Both the position numbers and the translations under genes were made by a program. The notes under the pieces were generated by a model, which worked only from the letters and a program-made list of their open reading frames with translations, was not told the DNA's origin and ran no database searches. Of a DNA stretch of 64,000 nt, positions 37,390 through 48,137 are shown piece by piece. The stretch's first letter is position 1. The number at the start of each line of letters is the position of its first letter. The stretch comes from Alistipes sp. GTDB lineage: Bacteria; Bacteroidota; Bacteroidia; Bacteroidales; Rikenellaceae. Location of the stretch: assembly GCA_048465795.1 (NCBI GenBank), contig DBFWKV010000033.1, forward strand, positions 598 through 64,597, in the 5' to 3' direction.

Positions 37390-38286
37390 CTAAATCGTCA
37401 GGTACTTCTCGACCGTCTCCCGCAGGTGTTCGTCGTCCAGGTGGGTGTAGATTTCGGTGGTGAGGATGCTCTCATGCCCCAGCATCTCCTGCACCTGGCG
37501 GATGCTGGCGCCCCCTTCCAGCAGGTGCGTGGCGAACGAATGGCGGAAGGTGTGCGGGCTGATTTTCTTGTCGATCCCGGCGCGGATGGCGGCTTGCCTG
37601 AGGATCGTAAAGACCATCACGCGCGTGAGGCAGGTACCCCGGTTGTTGAGGAATACCCACTCCTCGCGGCTTTTCGCGCGGCTGCGGTCTTCGAAGTAAA
37701 TCTGAATCTTGTCGCGGGCCGTGGTGCTGATCGGCACCAGCCGCTGCTTGTCCCCTTTGCCGACGACACGGATAAAGCCCTCGCCGAAAAACAGGTCGCC
37801 CAATTTCAGCGTCACCAGCTCCGAAACGCGCAGGCCGCACGAGTAGAGCACTTCGAGCATGGCGCTGTCGCGGCGTCCTTTGGCCGTTCGGAGGTCGACG
37901 GCGGCAATGATGCGGTCGATCTCGCCGGTCGAGAGCGTGTCGGGCAGGGGTCGTCCGCATTTGGGCGTCTCGACGAATTCGGCGGGCGAAGTCTCGATCC
38001 GGTCGGTGAGCAGCAGGTAGTTGAAAAAACTCTTGATGCTGCTCAGAATACGGGCCTGCGAGCTTTTGCGCATTCCCAGGTCGAACAGACGGGCCATGTA
38101 GCGCTCGATCATCGTCGCTTCGACCTTCTTCGGGCCTACGTCGTAAAACCGCAGGACGAAATGGGCGAACTGCCGCAGGTCGCGCATGTAGGATTCGACG
38201 GTATTGTCCGAGAGCCGTTTCTCCAATTTAATATAGGTACGGTACCGATTGCCGGTTTCTTCCCATTTATTCGTATTTTCGGCCAT
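37390..38286 (-). CDS. xerD: Site-specific tyrosine recombinase, XerD-like
   Basis: GLRVSEL, GKGDKQR, HTFRHSFATH, LGH, TEIYTH; housekeeping context. Confidence 0.88.
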   Translation of the reverse strand: MAENTNKWEETGNRYRTYIKLEKRLSDNTVESYMRDLRQFAHFVLRFYDVGPKKVEATMIERYMARLFDLGMRKSSQARILSSIKSFFNYLLLTDRIETSPAEFVETPKCGRPLPDTLSTGEIDRIIAAVDLRTAKGRRDSAMLEVLYSCGLRVSELVTLKLGDLFFGEGFIRVVGKGDKQRLVPISTTARDKIQIYFEDRSRAKSREEWVFLNNRGTCLTRVMVFTILRQAAIRAGIDKKISPHTFRHSFATHLLEGGASIRQVQEMLGHESILTTEIYTHLDDEHLRETVEKYLTI

Positions 38287-38356
38287 CTTGTACCCGAATA
38301 ATTGAAGGATTATAGTTAACTTTGTCTGAGCGAAGATACGGAAATTTTTACATAAT

Positions 38357-39199
38357 ATGGACTATGTAGCATTAAATATTGCCGTTTCGGAGGACCCCGA
38401 GGCCGAAATACTGACGGCCGAACTGGCTGATTTTCCTTTCGAGAGCTTCGAGACGGAGAGCGGTGTGCTGAAGGCTTATATTCCCGAACGGCTCCTGAAC
38501 GGCTGCAGGGCGGAGGTCGACGCGCTGCTGGCCCGTTACGGCGCGGAGGGACGCTATGTCGGGATCGAAGGACGGAACTGGAACGCCGAATGGGAGAAGA
38601 GTTTTACACCCGTGGAGGTCGACGGCAGACTGCTGATCCGTGCGCCCTTCCACGAAGCGGCGCCCGACGGGATGATGGAGGTGGTCGTGACGCCCCGGAT
38701 GGCGTTCGGATCGGGCCACCACGCCACGACCTGCATGATGGCTGCCGCAGTGATGGATCTCGGCGTGCGGGGGCGCTGCGGACTCGATATGGGCAGCGGA
38801 ACGGGTGTACTGGCGATTCTGGCCGCGAAGTGCGGCGCCGAACATGTCGACGCGGTGGATATCGACGCGTGGGCCGACGCGAACTGCCGGGAGAACATCG
38901 CGGCGAACGGCGAGACGGAGCAGATCACACCGATGCTGGGCGACGTGAGGTGTATTGCGGGGCGCCGTTACGACTTTATCCTGGCCAACATCAACCGCAA
39001 CTGCCTTACAGCCGACCTGCCGGCCTACGTGAATGCGCTCGCGCCGGGCGGCGACCTGGTGATGAGCGGCTTTCTGGAGCACGATGTGCCCGCGATTTGC
39101 GGTTGCGCCGAAAAGCTGGGGCTGATCGTGACCGAAAGGCGCGAACGGGACGGCTGGGCGGCGGTGCACTGCCGCCAAGCGGAGGGAATTAAAAATTAA
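38357..39199 (+). CDS. prmA: Ribosomal protein L11 methyltransferase
   Basis: NWNAEWE, MAFGSGHHATT, DMGSGTG, LANINRN. Confidence 0.93.
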   Translation: MDYVALNIAVSEDPEAEILTAELADFPFESFETESGVLKAYIPERLLNGCRAEVDALLARYGAEGRYVGIEGRNWNAEWEKSFTPVEVDGRLLIRAPFHEAAPDGMMEVVVTPRMAFGSGHHATTCMMAAAVMDLGVRGRCGLDMGSGTGVLAILAAKCGAEHVDAVDIDAWADANCRENIAANGETEQITPMLGDVRCIAGRRYDFILANINRNCLTADLPAYVNALAPGGDLVMSGFLEHDVPAICGCAEKLGLIVTERRERDGWAAVHCRQAEGIKN

Positions 39200-39279
39200 G
39201 AATTAAAAATTAAAAATCGGTTTCATTGCATTCCAAACGACGGACGGGAGGCCGCGACGAAAACCGATAAGCATACGCA

Positions 39280-40005
39280 TTGAAAACCTACAAAGGGCGT
39301 GGCGTGGTGCTCCACACGCTCAAATACGGCGACACGTCGATGGTCGTCTACCTGCTGACCGACGTGGGCGGCCGCCGCAGCTACATGGTGCAGGGAGTGC
39401 GCAGCGCGAAGGGTCGCGGGTCGAAGCTGGCGCTGTTCCAGCCCATGTTCACCGTGGAGTTCGAAGGGCTGGAATCGCCGCGTCAGCAGATGGATCGCTT
39501 CCGCGAGGTGCGCAGCGGCGTGGTGCTGCAAAGCATTCCGTTCGATGTGCGCAAATCGACCGTAGCCTTGTTTATGGCAGAGGTTTTGTACCGCCTGGTG
39601 AAGGAGAGCGAGCCGAACGAGCCGCTTTTCGACTTCGTGTGGGGCAGCGTCGGGGCGCTCGATTCCCTCGAGGAGGGGGTGGCCAACTTCCACCTCTGGT
39701 TCCTGGCGAACCTGAGCCGTTTGCTGGGTTTTTTCCCGGGTAACGACTACGCTTCGGGCGACTGGTTCGATTTCCGCGAAGGGCTTTATACCAAAGTGCG
39801 TCCGCCGCACGTTAGTTGTATGACGCAGGAGAATGCCCGCACGCTCAACGACTTGGTCGAATGCGACGTGCGCTGCCTGGGGGAGATCGGGCTGAACCGC
39901 CGGCAACGGGTGGAGTTTCTCGACGCCATGCTGGTCTATTACGCCTACCACCTCGATGCGGTCAATGCCGTGCAGTCGGTCAAAATCCTGCAGGAGGTCT
40001 TTTAA
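39280..40005 (+). CDS. recO: DNA repair protein RecO
   Basis: GVVLHTLKYGDTS, LFMAEVL, NFHLWFL, terminal SVKILQEVF; TTG start. Confidence 0.88.
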   Translation: MKTYKGRGVVLHTLKYGDTSMVVYLLTDVGGRRSYMVQGVRSAKGRGSKLALFQPMFTVEFEGLESPRQQMDRFREVRSGVVLQSIPFDVRKSTVALFMAEVLYRLVKESEPNEPLFDFVWGSVGALDSLEEGVANFHLWFLANLSRLLGFFPGNDYASGDWFDFREGLYTKVRPPHVSCMTQENARTLNDLVECDVRCLGEIGLNRRQRVEFLDAMLVYYAYHLDAVNAVQSVKILQEVF

Positions 40006-40039
40006 TGCTTCGGAACGGAAAATCAAACAACAGAAAGAT

Positions 40040-40423
40040 ATGAAAAGAGGAATCATCGCACTGTTTGCACTGCTTTTCGCCGCCGGCGTGCAGGCGCAGG
40101 AGCCGTCGAAGTTCAAATTCACGCCGGTGGACACCACGCGCGTCGAAAGGGGCTTTACGCCGCCCGATTCGCTGGCCCACATGTCTCCCTGGAAGCCCGA
40201 CTACCGGATGATGGAGCCGATGCGCGTCAAACCCACGGTGTCGATGACTTCGGTGGTGGTGATTCCCGAAAGCAGCCTGCCTGCGCGGGTCACGGTGATC
40301 GACAACAACACGCTGCGGCTGGGCGGTCATCTGAATATCTCGAACGGTCAGGCATGGAACGGAAGTCCCTTCCCCGATGCCTACCTCGACGCGCGGACGC
40401 TCTCGTTCCCCATGCCCCGCTAA
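40040..40423 (+). CDS. Secreted hypothetical protein
   Basis: Signal peptide ending VQA-Q; followed by a hairpin at 40442-40473. Confidence 0.7.
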   Translation: MKRGIIALFALLFAAGVQAQEPSKFKFTPVDTTRVERGFTPPDSLAHMSPWKPDYRMMEPMRVKPTVSMTSVVVIPESSLPARVTVIDNNTLRLGGHLNISNGQAWNGSPFPDAYLDARTLSFPMPR

Positions 40424-40587
40424 AGGGCCTGTCCGCTTTTGAGCCGAAACCGGAAAACCCGGTTTCGGCTTTTCCATATCCTTCGATCCGGAGTGGTACG
40501 GGGAACGTTTTACGTATTTTCGCGTATTGGAACTGACGCGGAAAATCCGTTTTTTTGCAGTCGCAAACCGATGTAACCCGAACACCG

Positions 40588-41697
40588 ATGAGACGATTTC
40601 TTACCGTACTGTCGCTGCTGAGCTGCTGCGCCGCTCCGGCCCAGGAGCAGTCCGTAGTTCGCGGCGATAGCCTGGCCGTACCCGTTGCCGGCGCAACGTC
40701 CGCCACCGTGCCGGCGAACGAAACCCTTGCCGCAGGGGTTGACAGCCTGCGCAGGACGATGAGTGGCTGGAACCGCATTCTGGCCCGCCTGCCCCGCATC
40801 TCGGGCTATGCGCAGGTAGGGTACGAATATGCCGGCCCGGCCGAAGCGGGCGGAAACGCCGTTTCCTCGTTTTTCATCAAGCGTGTGCGGCTGAATCTGG
40901 CGGGCGATATTACGCCCCGGATCGACTACCGTATCCAGGTGGAGTTCGCGTCGCCGAAGCTCGTCGATGCGTATCTGCGTTTGCGGCCTTACAATGGACT
41001 TAACTTCCAGATCGGCGAATTCAAAATCCCCTTCTCGATCGAAAATACGGACTATGTGCCGCTCAAATTCGAGCTGATCGAATACCCGTTGGCCCTGCGC
41101 AAACTGATGGGTTTCAATGACCTGTGCGGACTTTCCGCCACCGGGCGCGACCTGGGTGCTCAGGTCTACGGCGGATTCGTCAGGCGCGACGGGTACAACA
41201 TCCTGAATTACAATTTCGGGGTTTTCAACGGCGAGGGAATCAACACCAAAGATAAAAACAGCTCGAAGGACATCGTTGCGCGCCTGAGCGTGCAACCCCT
41301 CGGCGGATGGCAATTCACCGGCTCCTACTACCGGGGCGAATACGGCGCCGACTGCGTGCGTCGCGTGCGCTACGGTGCGGGCATGTGCTACGACCGGGGA
41401 CGCACGGTGCTGCGCGGCGAATGGATCGGCGGACGGACGGGCGAACTGGACAGCCGGGGGTGGTACGTGCTGGGCGGTTACCGCCTGTTGCGTTCGCTGC
41501 AGGTCGTCGGACGTTACGATACGTTCGAGCAAAACGTCTCCCGCAGCGATACCCGCCAGACCAATTATACGGCGGGTCTGGTCTGGCAGCCCGTGAAGTA
41601 TCTGCGCTGCCAGTTGGACTACACCTACGAGCAGTACGCCTCGGCCGCACATTGCGACCGCAACGGGATTGCGCTGCTGCTGAGCGGGATATTTTAG
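40588..41697 (+). CDS. Porin (OprO/OprP phosphate-selective porin-like)
   Basis: ISGYAQ, FFIKRVRL, GEFKIPFSIEN, GRDLG, terminal Phe. Confidence 0.8.
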   Translation: MRRFLTVLSLLSCCAAPAQEQSVVRGDSLAVPVAGATSATVPANETLAAGVDSLRRTMSGWNRILARLPRISGYAQVGYEYAGPAEAGGNAVSSFFIKRVRLNLAGDITPRIDYRIQVEFASPKLVDAYLRLRPYNGLNFQIGEFKIPFSIENTDYVPLKFELIEYPLALRKLMGFNDLCGLSATGRDLGAQVYGGFVRRDGYNILNYNFGVFNGEGINTKDKNSSKDIVARLSVQPLGGWQFTGSYYRGEYGADCVRRVRYGAGMCYDRGRTVLRGEWIGGRTGELDSRGWYVLGGYRLLRSLQVVGRYDTFEQNVSRSDTRQTNYTAGLVWQPVKYLRCQLDYTYEQYASAAHCDRNGIALLLSGIF

Positions 41698-41725
41698 GTC
41701 GGATCAACAATGAGAAACGGATTTT

Positions 41726-43012
41726 ATGAAAAAATGGATTGAACAATTCCGGGTCGAAGACTGGGTGGTCGTTTGGGTGTCGATCCCACTGCTCGTACTG
41801 GCCGCGACCGTCCCCGGCGGACTGCCGAAAGTGCCCGCGACGCTGCTGGGCGGAGCCGCATGGGCGAATATCGCCGCTCTTTTCGCCATCGTGCTGGCGG
41901 TGCTCTATGCGGGGTGCCTGCTGCTGAGGCGGCCCTTGCGGGGATTGCTGCCTTCGCTCGCGGTGGTTTTCTCGGTGTCGCTGCTGGCGCAGGTCGTGGC
42001 GAAAATTCCTGCGGTGTCGTACTACGGCTTCGAGTCGGTCTTTTTCTCGGTGCTTTTCGGGCTGGCGATACGCAACCTGTGGCGCGTGCCCCAATGGATG
42101 AAGCCGGCGATTCAGGGCGAATTTTACATTAAGATCGGCGTCGTATGTCTCGGGGCGACCATCCTTTTCAGCGACGTGATGAAGTCGGGGGTGTTCGGAC
42201 TGGTACAGGCTTGTGTCGTGGTCTCCGTGGTGTGGTTTTTCGCTTTTTGGATTTCGCGCCGGATGAAGGTCGATGAGCGCACGGCGATGATTCTGGCGAG
42301 CGGCGTGTCGATCTGCGGCGTGTCGGCCTCGATCACCGCCGCCCGCGTGGCGGGCGGTGACGACCGGAAACTTTCGTACATCGTGTCGCTGGTGCTCATC
42401 GTCGTGGTGCCGATGATCTACCTGATGCCGTGGTTGGCCGGCCGGCTTCTGCCGTTGCTCTTCGACAATCCCCTCGTGGCGCAGGAGGTTGCCGGGGCCT
42501 GGATCGGCGGTACGATCGACACGACGTCGGGCGTGGCCGCTTCGAGCCTGATCGTCGGCGAGGTCGCCAACCAGCATGCCGTGATTATCAAGGCCGCGCA
42601 GAACGTGCTGATCGGCGTGGTGGCTTTCTTTATCGCATTTTACCTTTCGACGCGCGCAGAGCGGGGCGGTTCGCAGGCTCCGTCGCCAGGTATCGTGTGG
42701 GAAAAATTTCCCAAATTCATCCTCGGGTTCGTCACCGCGTCGCTCGTGTTCAGCCTTTTGCAGGGCAACGGGTTTTTCACGGCCGATGCGCGGGGAAAAC
42801 TTGCCGAACCGGGTGTGGCGAAGATGTTTTCGACGGTCTTTTTTTCGCTGGCTTTCGTCTGCGTGGGGCTGGATACGCGGCTTCGGGACATCGTCTCGAA
42901 GGAAAACCGCAACGCGCTGTGGGCGTTCCTGGCGGCACAGGCATTCAATATCGTTGTCACCCTGGCAATCGCCTGCCTGCTGTTCGGCGTGCTGAAACCG
43001 ATGTGGAGTTAA
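41726..43012 (+). CDS. YeiH / putative sulfate exporter family membrane protein
   Basis: GVSICGVSASI, GAWIGGTIDTT, KFPKFILGF. Confidence 0.85.
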   Translation: MKKWIEQFRVEDWVVVWVSIPLLVLAATVPGGLPKVPATLLGGAAWANIAALFAIVLAVLYAGCLLLRRPLRGLLPSLAVVFSVSLLAQVVAKIPAVSYYGFESVFFSVLFGLAIRNLWRVPQWMKPAIQGEFYIKIGVVCLGATILFSDVMKSGVFGLVQACVVVSVVWFFAFWISRRMKVDERTAMILASGVSICGVSASITAARVAGGDDRKLSYIVSLVLIVVVPMIYLMPWLAGRLLPLLFDNPLVAQEVAGAWIGGTIDTTSGVAASSLIVGEVANQHAVIIKAAQNVLIGVVAFFIAFYLSTRAERGGSQAPSPGIVWEKFPKFILGFVTASLVFSLLQGNGFFTADARGKLAEPGVAKMFSTVFFSLAFVCVGLDTRLRDIVSKENRNALWAFLAAQAFNIVVTLAIACLLFGVLKPMWS

Positions 43013-43151
43013 ACCGAGACGGGCTGCGCCCCGTAAAATGCAGACGGTTTGCCATTGTCACCGCCATGCATTATCTTTGCCTTTGGTTCGGACAGGCAAA
43101 ACAGGGTCGGTATCGCGTCGGCCTTGCACTGTCTCCGACAAAAAAAACGGC

Positions 43152-43853
43152 ATGATGAATTACCGAAATATAGAGGTCGTCGCCTTCGATGCGGACGACA
43201 CGCTGTGGGCCAACGAGACCTATTTCAGACAGACCGAGGAGGAATTTTGCGGGCTGCTGGCCCCTTATGCCGACCGGGAAACGGTTGCGGCGGCCCTGCT
43301 GCGCACCGAGACGGCCAACGTGCCCCTCTACGGCTACGGTGCGAAGGGCTGCACGCTCTCGATGATCGAGACGGCGCTCGCTGTCGGCGGCGGCGGACTA
43401 CCGCCGGCAGTCGTCGCACGCATCCTGGAGCTGGGCCGTTCGTTGCTGGAAATTCCCGTGACGCTGCTGGACGGGGTGCGGCAGACGCTCGACACGCTGC
43501 GGGACCGGTACCGGCTGGTGGTGGCGACGAAGGGCGACTTGCTCGACCAGCGCCGCAAGCTGGAGCGTTCGGGCATCGCCCGTTACTTCGAGCATGCGGA
43601 GATCATGCCCGACAAGAACGAAGCGGCCTATGCGGCCCTGATAGCGGCGCTCGGCGTCCCGGCCGAGCGGTTTCTGATGGTGGGCAATTCGCTGCGTTCG
43701 GACATTTACCCCGTGCTGGCGGTCGGGGCAAAGGCCGTACATGTGCCTTTCCATGTGACGTGGCAGCACGAAGTGCCCGACGGGGAACATCCCGATGCGG
43801 CGTTCGCAACGCTCGAATCGCTCGCGGAGCTGCCCGCCCTGCTCCGAAAATAG
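43152..43853 (+). CDS. HAD-superfamily hydrolase
   Basis: FDADDTLW, TKGDLLDQ, MVGNSLRSD. Confidence 0.9.
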   Translation: MMNYRNIEVVAFDADDTLWANETYFRQTEEEFCGLLAPYADRETVAAALLRTETANVPLYGYGAKGCTLSMIETALAVGGGGLPPAVVARILELGRSLLEIPVTLLDGVRQTLDTLRDRYRLVVATKGDLLDQRRKLERSGIARYFEHAEIMPDKNEAAYAALIAALGVPAERFLMVGNSLRSDIYPVLAVGAKAVHVPFHVTWQHEVPDGEHPDAAFATLESLAELPALLRK

Positions 43854-43901
43854 CGTCGCTGCGACAAGGAATAACGGTCCCGGTTTCAGGGGCCGTTTTC
43901 G

Positions 43902-45602
43902 TTATTTGCGGAAGAAGTAACTCTTCTGCCGCCGCTTCTCCTCCTGCGAGCGGGCGACGCAGACCTGCTCGCCGGTGTAGGGATTCGTGCCCGTGTAGAA
44001 CATCACCGACGAAAGCGTCATCGGCGTGGGGGTCAGGTCCTGCACCTGCTCCAGCGTGAAGTGGAGTTTTCCGAGCACTTTTTCAGACAGCGCCCGCATG
44101 TCGCGCTCCGCGCAGCCGGGGTGCGACGAAATGAAGTAGGGAATCAACTGATAAGGGCGGTTTTCGCGCTTGCAAATGCGTGCGAAGTCGGCGTTGAGCC
44201 GCTCGAAAAGTGCGAACGGCGGCTTGCGCATCAGCCGCAGCACGCGCTCTTCGGTGTGCTCCGGGGCGACTTTCAGGCGGCCCGAAGTGTGGTATTTCAA
44301 CACCGTGTCCAGATAGGGGCTGCCGTCGAACAGGTCGTAGCGGATGCCGCTGCCGATGAAGGCCTTTTTGACGCCCTTCACCGCGCGGATTTTCGCGTAA
44401 AGGTCGAGCAGCGGCCGGTGGTCATTGTCGAGGTTGGGGCACATCGCCGGGTGCAGGCACGAAGGGCGGCGGCACCGGGCGCAGAGTGTCCGGTCGCGGC
44501 CGCCCATGCGGTACATGTTGGCCGACGGGCCGCCCACGTCCGAAAGGTAGCCCTTGAAGTCGGGCATCTGCGCGATGCGCTGCACCTCGGCGAGGATCGA
44601 ACGTTCGCTGCGCGCGTGGATGAACTTGCCCTGGTGGGCGGAAATGGTACAGAACGAGCAGCCCCCGAAGCAGCCCCGGTGGATGTTGACCGAGTGTTTG
44701 ATCATCTCCCACGCCGGAATATCCCCTTTTCCCCGGTAGCGGGGGTGCGGAGCGCGTTCGTAGGGAAGGTCGAACGAGCGGTCCAGCTCTTCGGTGGTGA
44801 GCGTGGCCCGGGGCGGCGTGACGACCGCATAGCGGTCGCCGACGGCCTCCACGAGCGTATGGACGGGGTTCAGCAGGTTGCTCTGGGTCTCGATCGCGGT
44901 GAAGTTCTCGCCGAAGGCGCGTTTGTCCGCCGCGCACTGCTCGAAGCTGTGCAGGTGCAGGGTCGTCGCCGGATCGAGGCGCGAGACATAAGCCTCGTCG
45001 GCCAGGAACGCCACCTGCCGGATGCGGCGCAGCAGCTTGGCGTTGTAGCCGTTGCGCAGCGCCCGGGCCACCTCCTGCACCACGCCTTCGCCCATGCCGT
45101 AGATCAAAAGGTCGGCACCCGATTCGGCCAGCACCGAGGGGCGGAGCGCATCGCTCCAGTAGTCGTAGTGGGTCAGCCGCCGCAGCGAGGCTTCGATGCC
45201 TCCGACGACGACGGGCGTGTGGGGAAAGAGCCGTTTGAGACACTGCGTATAGACCGTCACGGCGCGGTCGGGGCGGAAGCCGGCGCGGCCGCCGGGCGTG
45301 TAGGCGTCGTCGTGGCGCAGGCGCAAAGCAGCGGTGTAGTGGTTGACCATCGAGTCCATCGCGCCGGCCGTGACGCCGAAAAAGAGCCTCGGGGCGCCCA
45401 GCTTGGTGAAATCGCGCAGGTCGTCGCGCCAGTTGGGCTGGGGCACGACCGCCACGCGGTAGCCCTCGGCTTCCAGCAGGCGGCCGATGACCGCCGCGCC
45501 GAAGGCCGGGTGGTCGATGTAGGCGTCGCCCGTGAAGAGGATCACGTCGAGCTGCTCCCACCCGCGCGCGCGTACTTCTTTGATCGTTGTCGGTAAAAAC
45601 AT
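43902..45602 (-). CDS. YgiQ family radical SAM protein
   Basis: GDAYIDHP, GCFGGCSFC, DVGGPSANMY, YFISSHPG. Confidence 0.92.
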   Translation of the reverse strand: MFLPTTIKEVRARGWEQLDVILFTGDAYIDHPAFGAAVIGRLLEAEGYRVAVVPQPNWRDDLRDFTKLGAPRLFFGVTAGAMDSMVNHYTAALRLRHDDAYTPGGRAGFRPDRAVTVYTQCLKRLFPHTPVVVGGIEASLRRLTHYDYWSDALRPSVLAESGADLLIYGMGEGVVQEVARALRNGYNAKLLRRIRQVAFLADEAYVSRLDPATTLHLHSFEQCAADKRAFGENFTAIETQSNLLNPVHTLVEAVGDRYAVVTPPRATLTTEELDRSFDLPYERAPHPRYRGKGDIPAWEMIKHSVNIHRGCFGGCSFCTISAHQGKFIHARSERSILAEVQRIAQMPDFKGYLSDVGGPSANMYRMGGRDRTLCARCRRPSCLHPAMCPNLDNDHRPLLDLYAKIRAVKGVKKAFIGSGIRYDLFDGSPYLDTVLKYHTSGRLKVAPEHTEERVLRLMRKPPFALFERLNADFARICKRENRPYQLIPYFISSHPGCAERDMRALSEKVLGKLHFTLEQVQDLTPTPMTLSSVMFYTGTNPYTGEQVCVARSQEEKRRQKSYFFRK

Positions 45603-45613
45603 CGGTTTCGGGT

Positions 45614-46795
45614 TCAGGCGCGCCGCCCGAGGGCGTCGCGCAGTTGTTCCAGGGCTTGGCGGATCACCGCACGCGGTGCCGCGACGTTCAGGCGCATGAA
45701 TCCTTCGCCCCCGGGGCCGAACATCGCCCCGTCGTTGAGGGCCAGGTGCGCCTCGTCGACAAACAGGCGGATCAGGTCGTCGTGCGCGAGGCCGAGGCCC
45801 CGGCAGTCGAGCCAGACGAGGAACGACGCCTGCGGCCGCAGGGGGCGGACGGCGGGCAGGTGCGCGGCGCAGAAGTCCACGACCCGATCGATATTCCCCT
45901 CCACGTAGCGCAGCATCTGCCGCCGCCACGCCTCGCCCTCGCGGAAGGCCGCGACGGTGGCGATGGGGGCGAAAATGTCCGGGGCGTCCAGCTCGTTGGC
46001 TTCGAGCCACGCGAAGAAGCGCCGGCGCAGCGTGTCGTCGGGCACGACGGCGTAGGAGCTGACCACGCCCGCGATGTTGAAGGTTTTGGACGGGGCACCG
46101 AAGGTGATGCTGCACGCGGCTGCGGCCTCCGACACCGAAGCGAAGGGGATGTGGCGGTTGTCCCACAGCGCCATGTCGCCGTGGATCTCGTCCGAGACGA
46201 CGAGAATCCCCCGGGCGTGGCAGAAGGCGGCCAGCCGCTCCAGCGTCGTGCGATCCCACACGATGCCGCCCGGGTTGTGGGGGTTCGAGAGGAGCAGCAT
46301 CCGGCACCCCTCGTCGGCGACGCGCGCGAGGTGGTCGAAATCCATCGCGTAGCTGCCGTCGGGGTTTTCCCGCAGGGGGTTGCAGACCACCTCGCGGCCG
46401 TTGCCCTCCGGCACGAGCCGGAAGGGGTGGTAGACGGGCGGCTGGATGAGGATTTTCTCGCCCGGAGCCGTGAAAACGTTGACGGCCAGGCCGATTCCCT
46501 TGACGATGCCCGGGATGTAGGCCAGCCACTCGGGGCGCACCTCCCAGCCGTGGTGCGTGCGGATCCAGTCGACGATGGCCGCACGGTAGTCGGCGGGTTC
46601 GACCGTGTAGCCCAGCACCGGGTGGCCGAGGCGGCGGCGCAGGGCATCGAGGATGAACGGGGGCGTTTCGAAATCCATGTCCGCCACCCACAGGGGAAGG
46701 AGGTCGCTGCGCCCGTAGAGTTCCTCGAGGGCGTCGTATTTGACCGCGCCGGTTTCCCGGCGGTCGGTGATTTTATCGAAATCGTAGGTTTCCAT
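45614..46795 (-). CDS. MalY/PatB family PLP-dependent C-S lyase
   Basis: LWVADMDF, NPHNPGG, SDEIH, PSKTFN, FMRLN. Confidence 0.92.
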   Translation of the reverse strand: METYDFDKITDRRETGAVKYDALEELYGRSDLLPLWVADMDFETPPFILDALRRRLGHPVLGYTVEPADYRAAIVDWIRTHHGWEVRPEWLAYIPGIVKGIGLAVNVFTAPGEKILIQPPVYHPFRLVPEGNGREVVCNPLRENPDGSYAMDFDHLARVADEGCRMLLLSNPHNPGGIVWDRTTLERLAAFCHARGILVVSDEIHGDMALWDNRHIPFASVSEAAAACSITFGAPSKTFNIAGVVSSYAVVPDDTLRRRFFAWLEANELDAPDIFAPIATVAAFREGEAWRRQMLRYVEGNIDRVVDFCAAHLPAVRPLRPQASFLVWLDCRGLGLAHDDLIRLFVDEAHLALNDGAMFGPGGEGFMRLNVAAPRAVIRQALEQLRDALGRRA

Positions 46796-46982
46796 AGCGT
46801 GTATTTGTGTGGAGGTTACGGCCCCGGAGCGCCGCTCCCGGCTTTCTGCTTTCAGGCCCTGGTCGTCCGGTTTCGGACTCCGGGTTCTGATTTTCAGGCT
46901 CCGGTTTCTGTTAAACTTACGCCTTCTGCATGCAGTCTCCGTGCTTGCGGCTCCGGACGTCCGGGTTACCGTTCCCGGCGGA

Positions 46983-48137
46983 TTATTCCCCGGCTCCGGT
47001 ATCGACCGCCGCGACGTAGCCGTCCCACTTGGCGAGCAACGCCCGGAAATCCGCCGGAAGCTCGCTCTCGAAGAGTACCTCCTTGCCCGTGGCGGGGTGT
47101 ACGAAGCCCAGCGAGCGGGCATGGAGCGCGTGGCGCGGCATCAGGGCGAAGCAGTTTTCGATGAACTGGCGGTATTTGGCGAAGGTCGTGCCCTTGAGGA
47201 TGCGGTCGCCGCCGTAGCGCTCGTCGTTGAAGAGCGGATGCCCCTGCCAGGCCATGTGGACGCGGATCTGGTGGGTGCGGCCCGTTTCGAGGCGGCACTC
47301 CACGAGCGTCACGTAACCGTAGCGTTGCAGCACCTTCCAGTGGGTCACGGCGTGTTTGCCGTCCGATCCGTCCTCGAAAACGTGCATCTTGAGCCGGTCT
47401 TTGGGCGAGCGGCCGATGTGGCCCGTGATCGTCCCTTCGTCCTCGTCGAAGTTGCCCCATACCAGCGCCACGTAGCGCCGTGAGATCGTGTGGTCGAAGA
47501 ATTGCTTGGCCAGGCGGGCGTGAGACTGCTCGTTCTTGGCTACGACCAGCAGCCCCGAGGTGTTTTTGTCGATGCGGTGCACCAGCCCCGCACGCATGTC
47601 GCCCCCGGCGATCCCGGGTTCGATGCGCAGGTGCCACGCCAGGGCGTTGACCAGCGTCCCCTGGTAGTTGCCGTGACCGGGGTGCACGACCATGCCCGCC
47701 GCCTTGTCGACCAGCAGCAGGTCGTCGTCCTCGTAGGGGATGGCGAGCGGAATCGGCTCGGGGATGATTTCCACTTCGCGTCGCGGATAGGGCATGACGA
47801 TCGAGATGCGGTCGAGGGGCTTCACCTTGTAGCTCGATTTGGCGGGGCGGCCGTTCACCAGGATGTTGCCGCTGTCGGCCGCCGCCTGGATGCGGTTGCG
47901 CGAGCACTTCTCCATGCGCGTGGTGAGGAACTTGTCGAGCCGCAGCAGGGTCTGTCCCTTGTCCGCCGTGATGGCGAAATGTTCGTAAAGACCCTCCTGT
48001 TCGTCGTCGTCCTGCTCCTCACTGGGGATGTCGTCCGGCTCCTGCGGCCGGCAGCCGGCAGCGTCCGTCGGCCCCTCCGTTCCCGGCAGCCCCAGAGGCT
48101 CTTCCGGCCCGGGGCGGTTATCGCGTTCGTCGGTCAT
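46983..48137 (-). CDS. rluD: RluA/RluD family pseudouridine synthase
   Basis: S4-like RLDKFL, HRIDKNTSG, GRTHQIRVH, LHARSLGF. Confidence 0.9.
   Translation of the reverse strand: MTDERDNRPGPEEPLGLPGTEGPTDAAGCRPQEPDDIPSEEQDDDEQEGLYEHFAITADKGQTLLRLDKFLTTRMEKCSRNRIQAAADSGNILVNGRPAKSSYKVKPLDRISIVMPYPRREVEIIPEPIPLAIPYEDDDLLLVDKAAGMVVHPGHGNYQGTLVNALAWHLRIEPGIAGGDMRAGLVHRIDKNTSGLLVVAKNEQSHARLAKQFFDHTISRRYVALVWGNFDEDEGTITGHIGRSPKDRLKMHVFEDGSDGKHAVTHWKVLQRYGYVTLVECRLETGRTHQIRVHMAWQGHPLFNDERYGGDRILKGTTFAKYRQFIENCFALMPRHALHARSLGFVHPATGKEVLFESELPADFRALLAKWDGYVAAVDTGAGE

Noticed and set aside
37390..38286. Integrase of a mobile element
   Set aside because: XerD-like size and motifs, housekeeping neighbours, no att repeats or cargo genes
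43902..46691. 929-aa fusion ORF (also the 19101-21380 and 15683-16837 extensions)
   Set aside because: The N-terminal extensions are alternative frames of upstream genes; true starts are at 45602, 20285 and 16480
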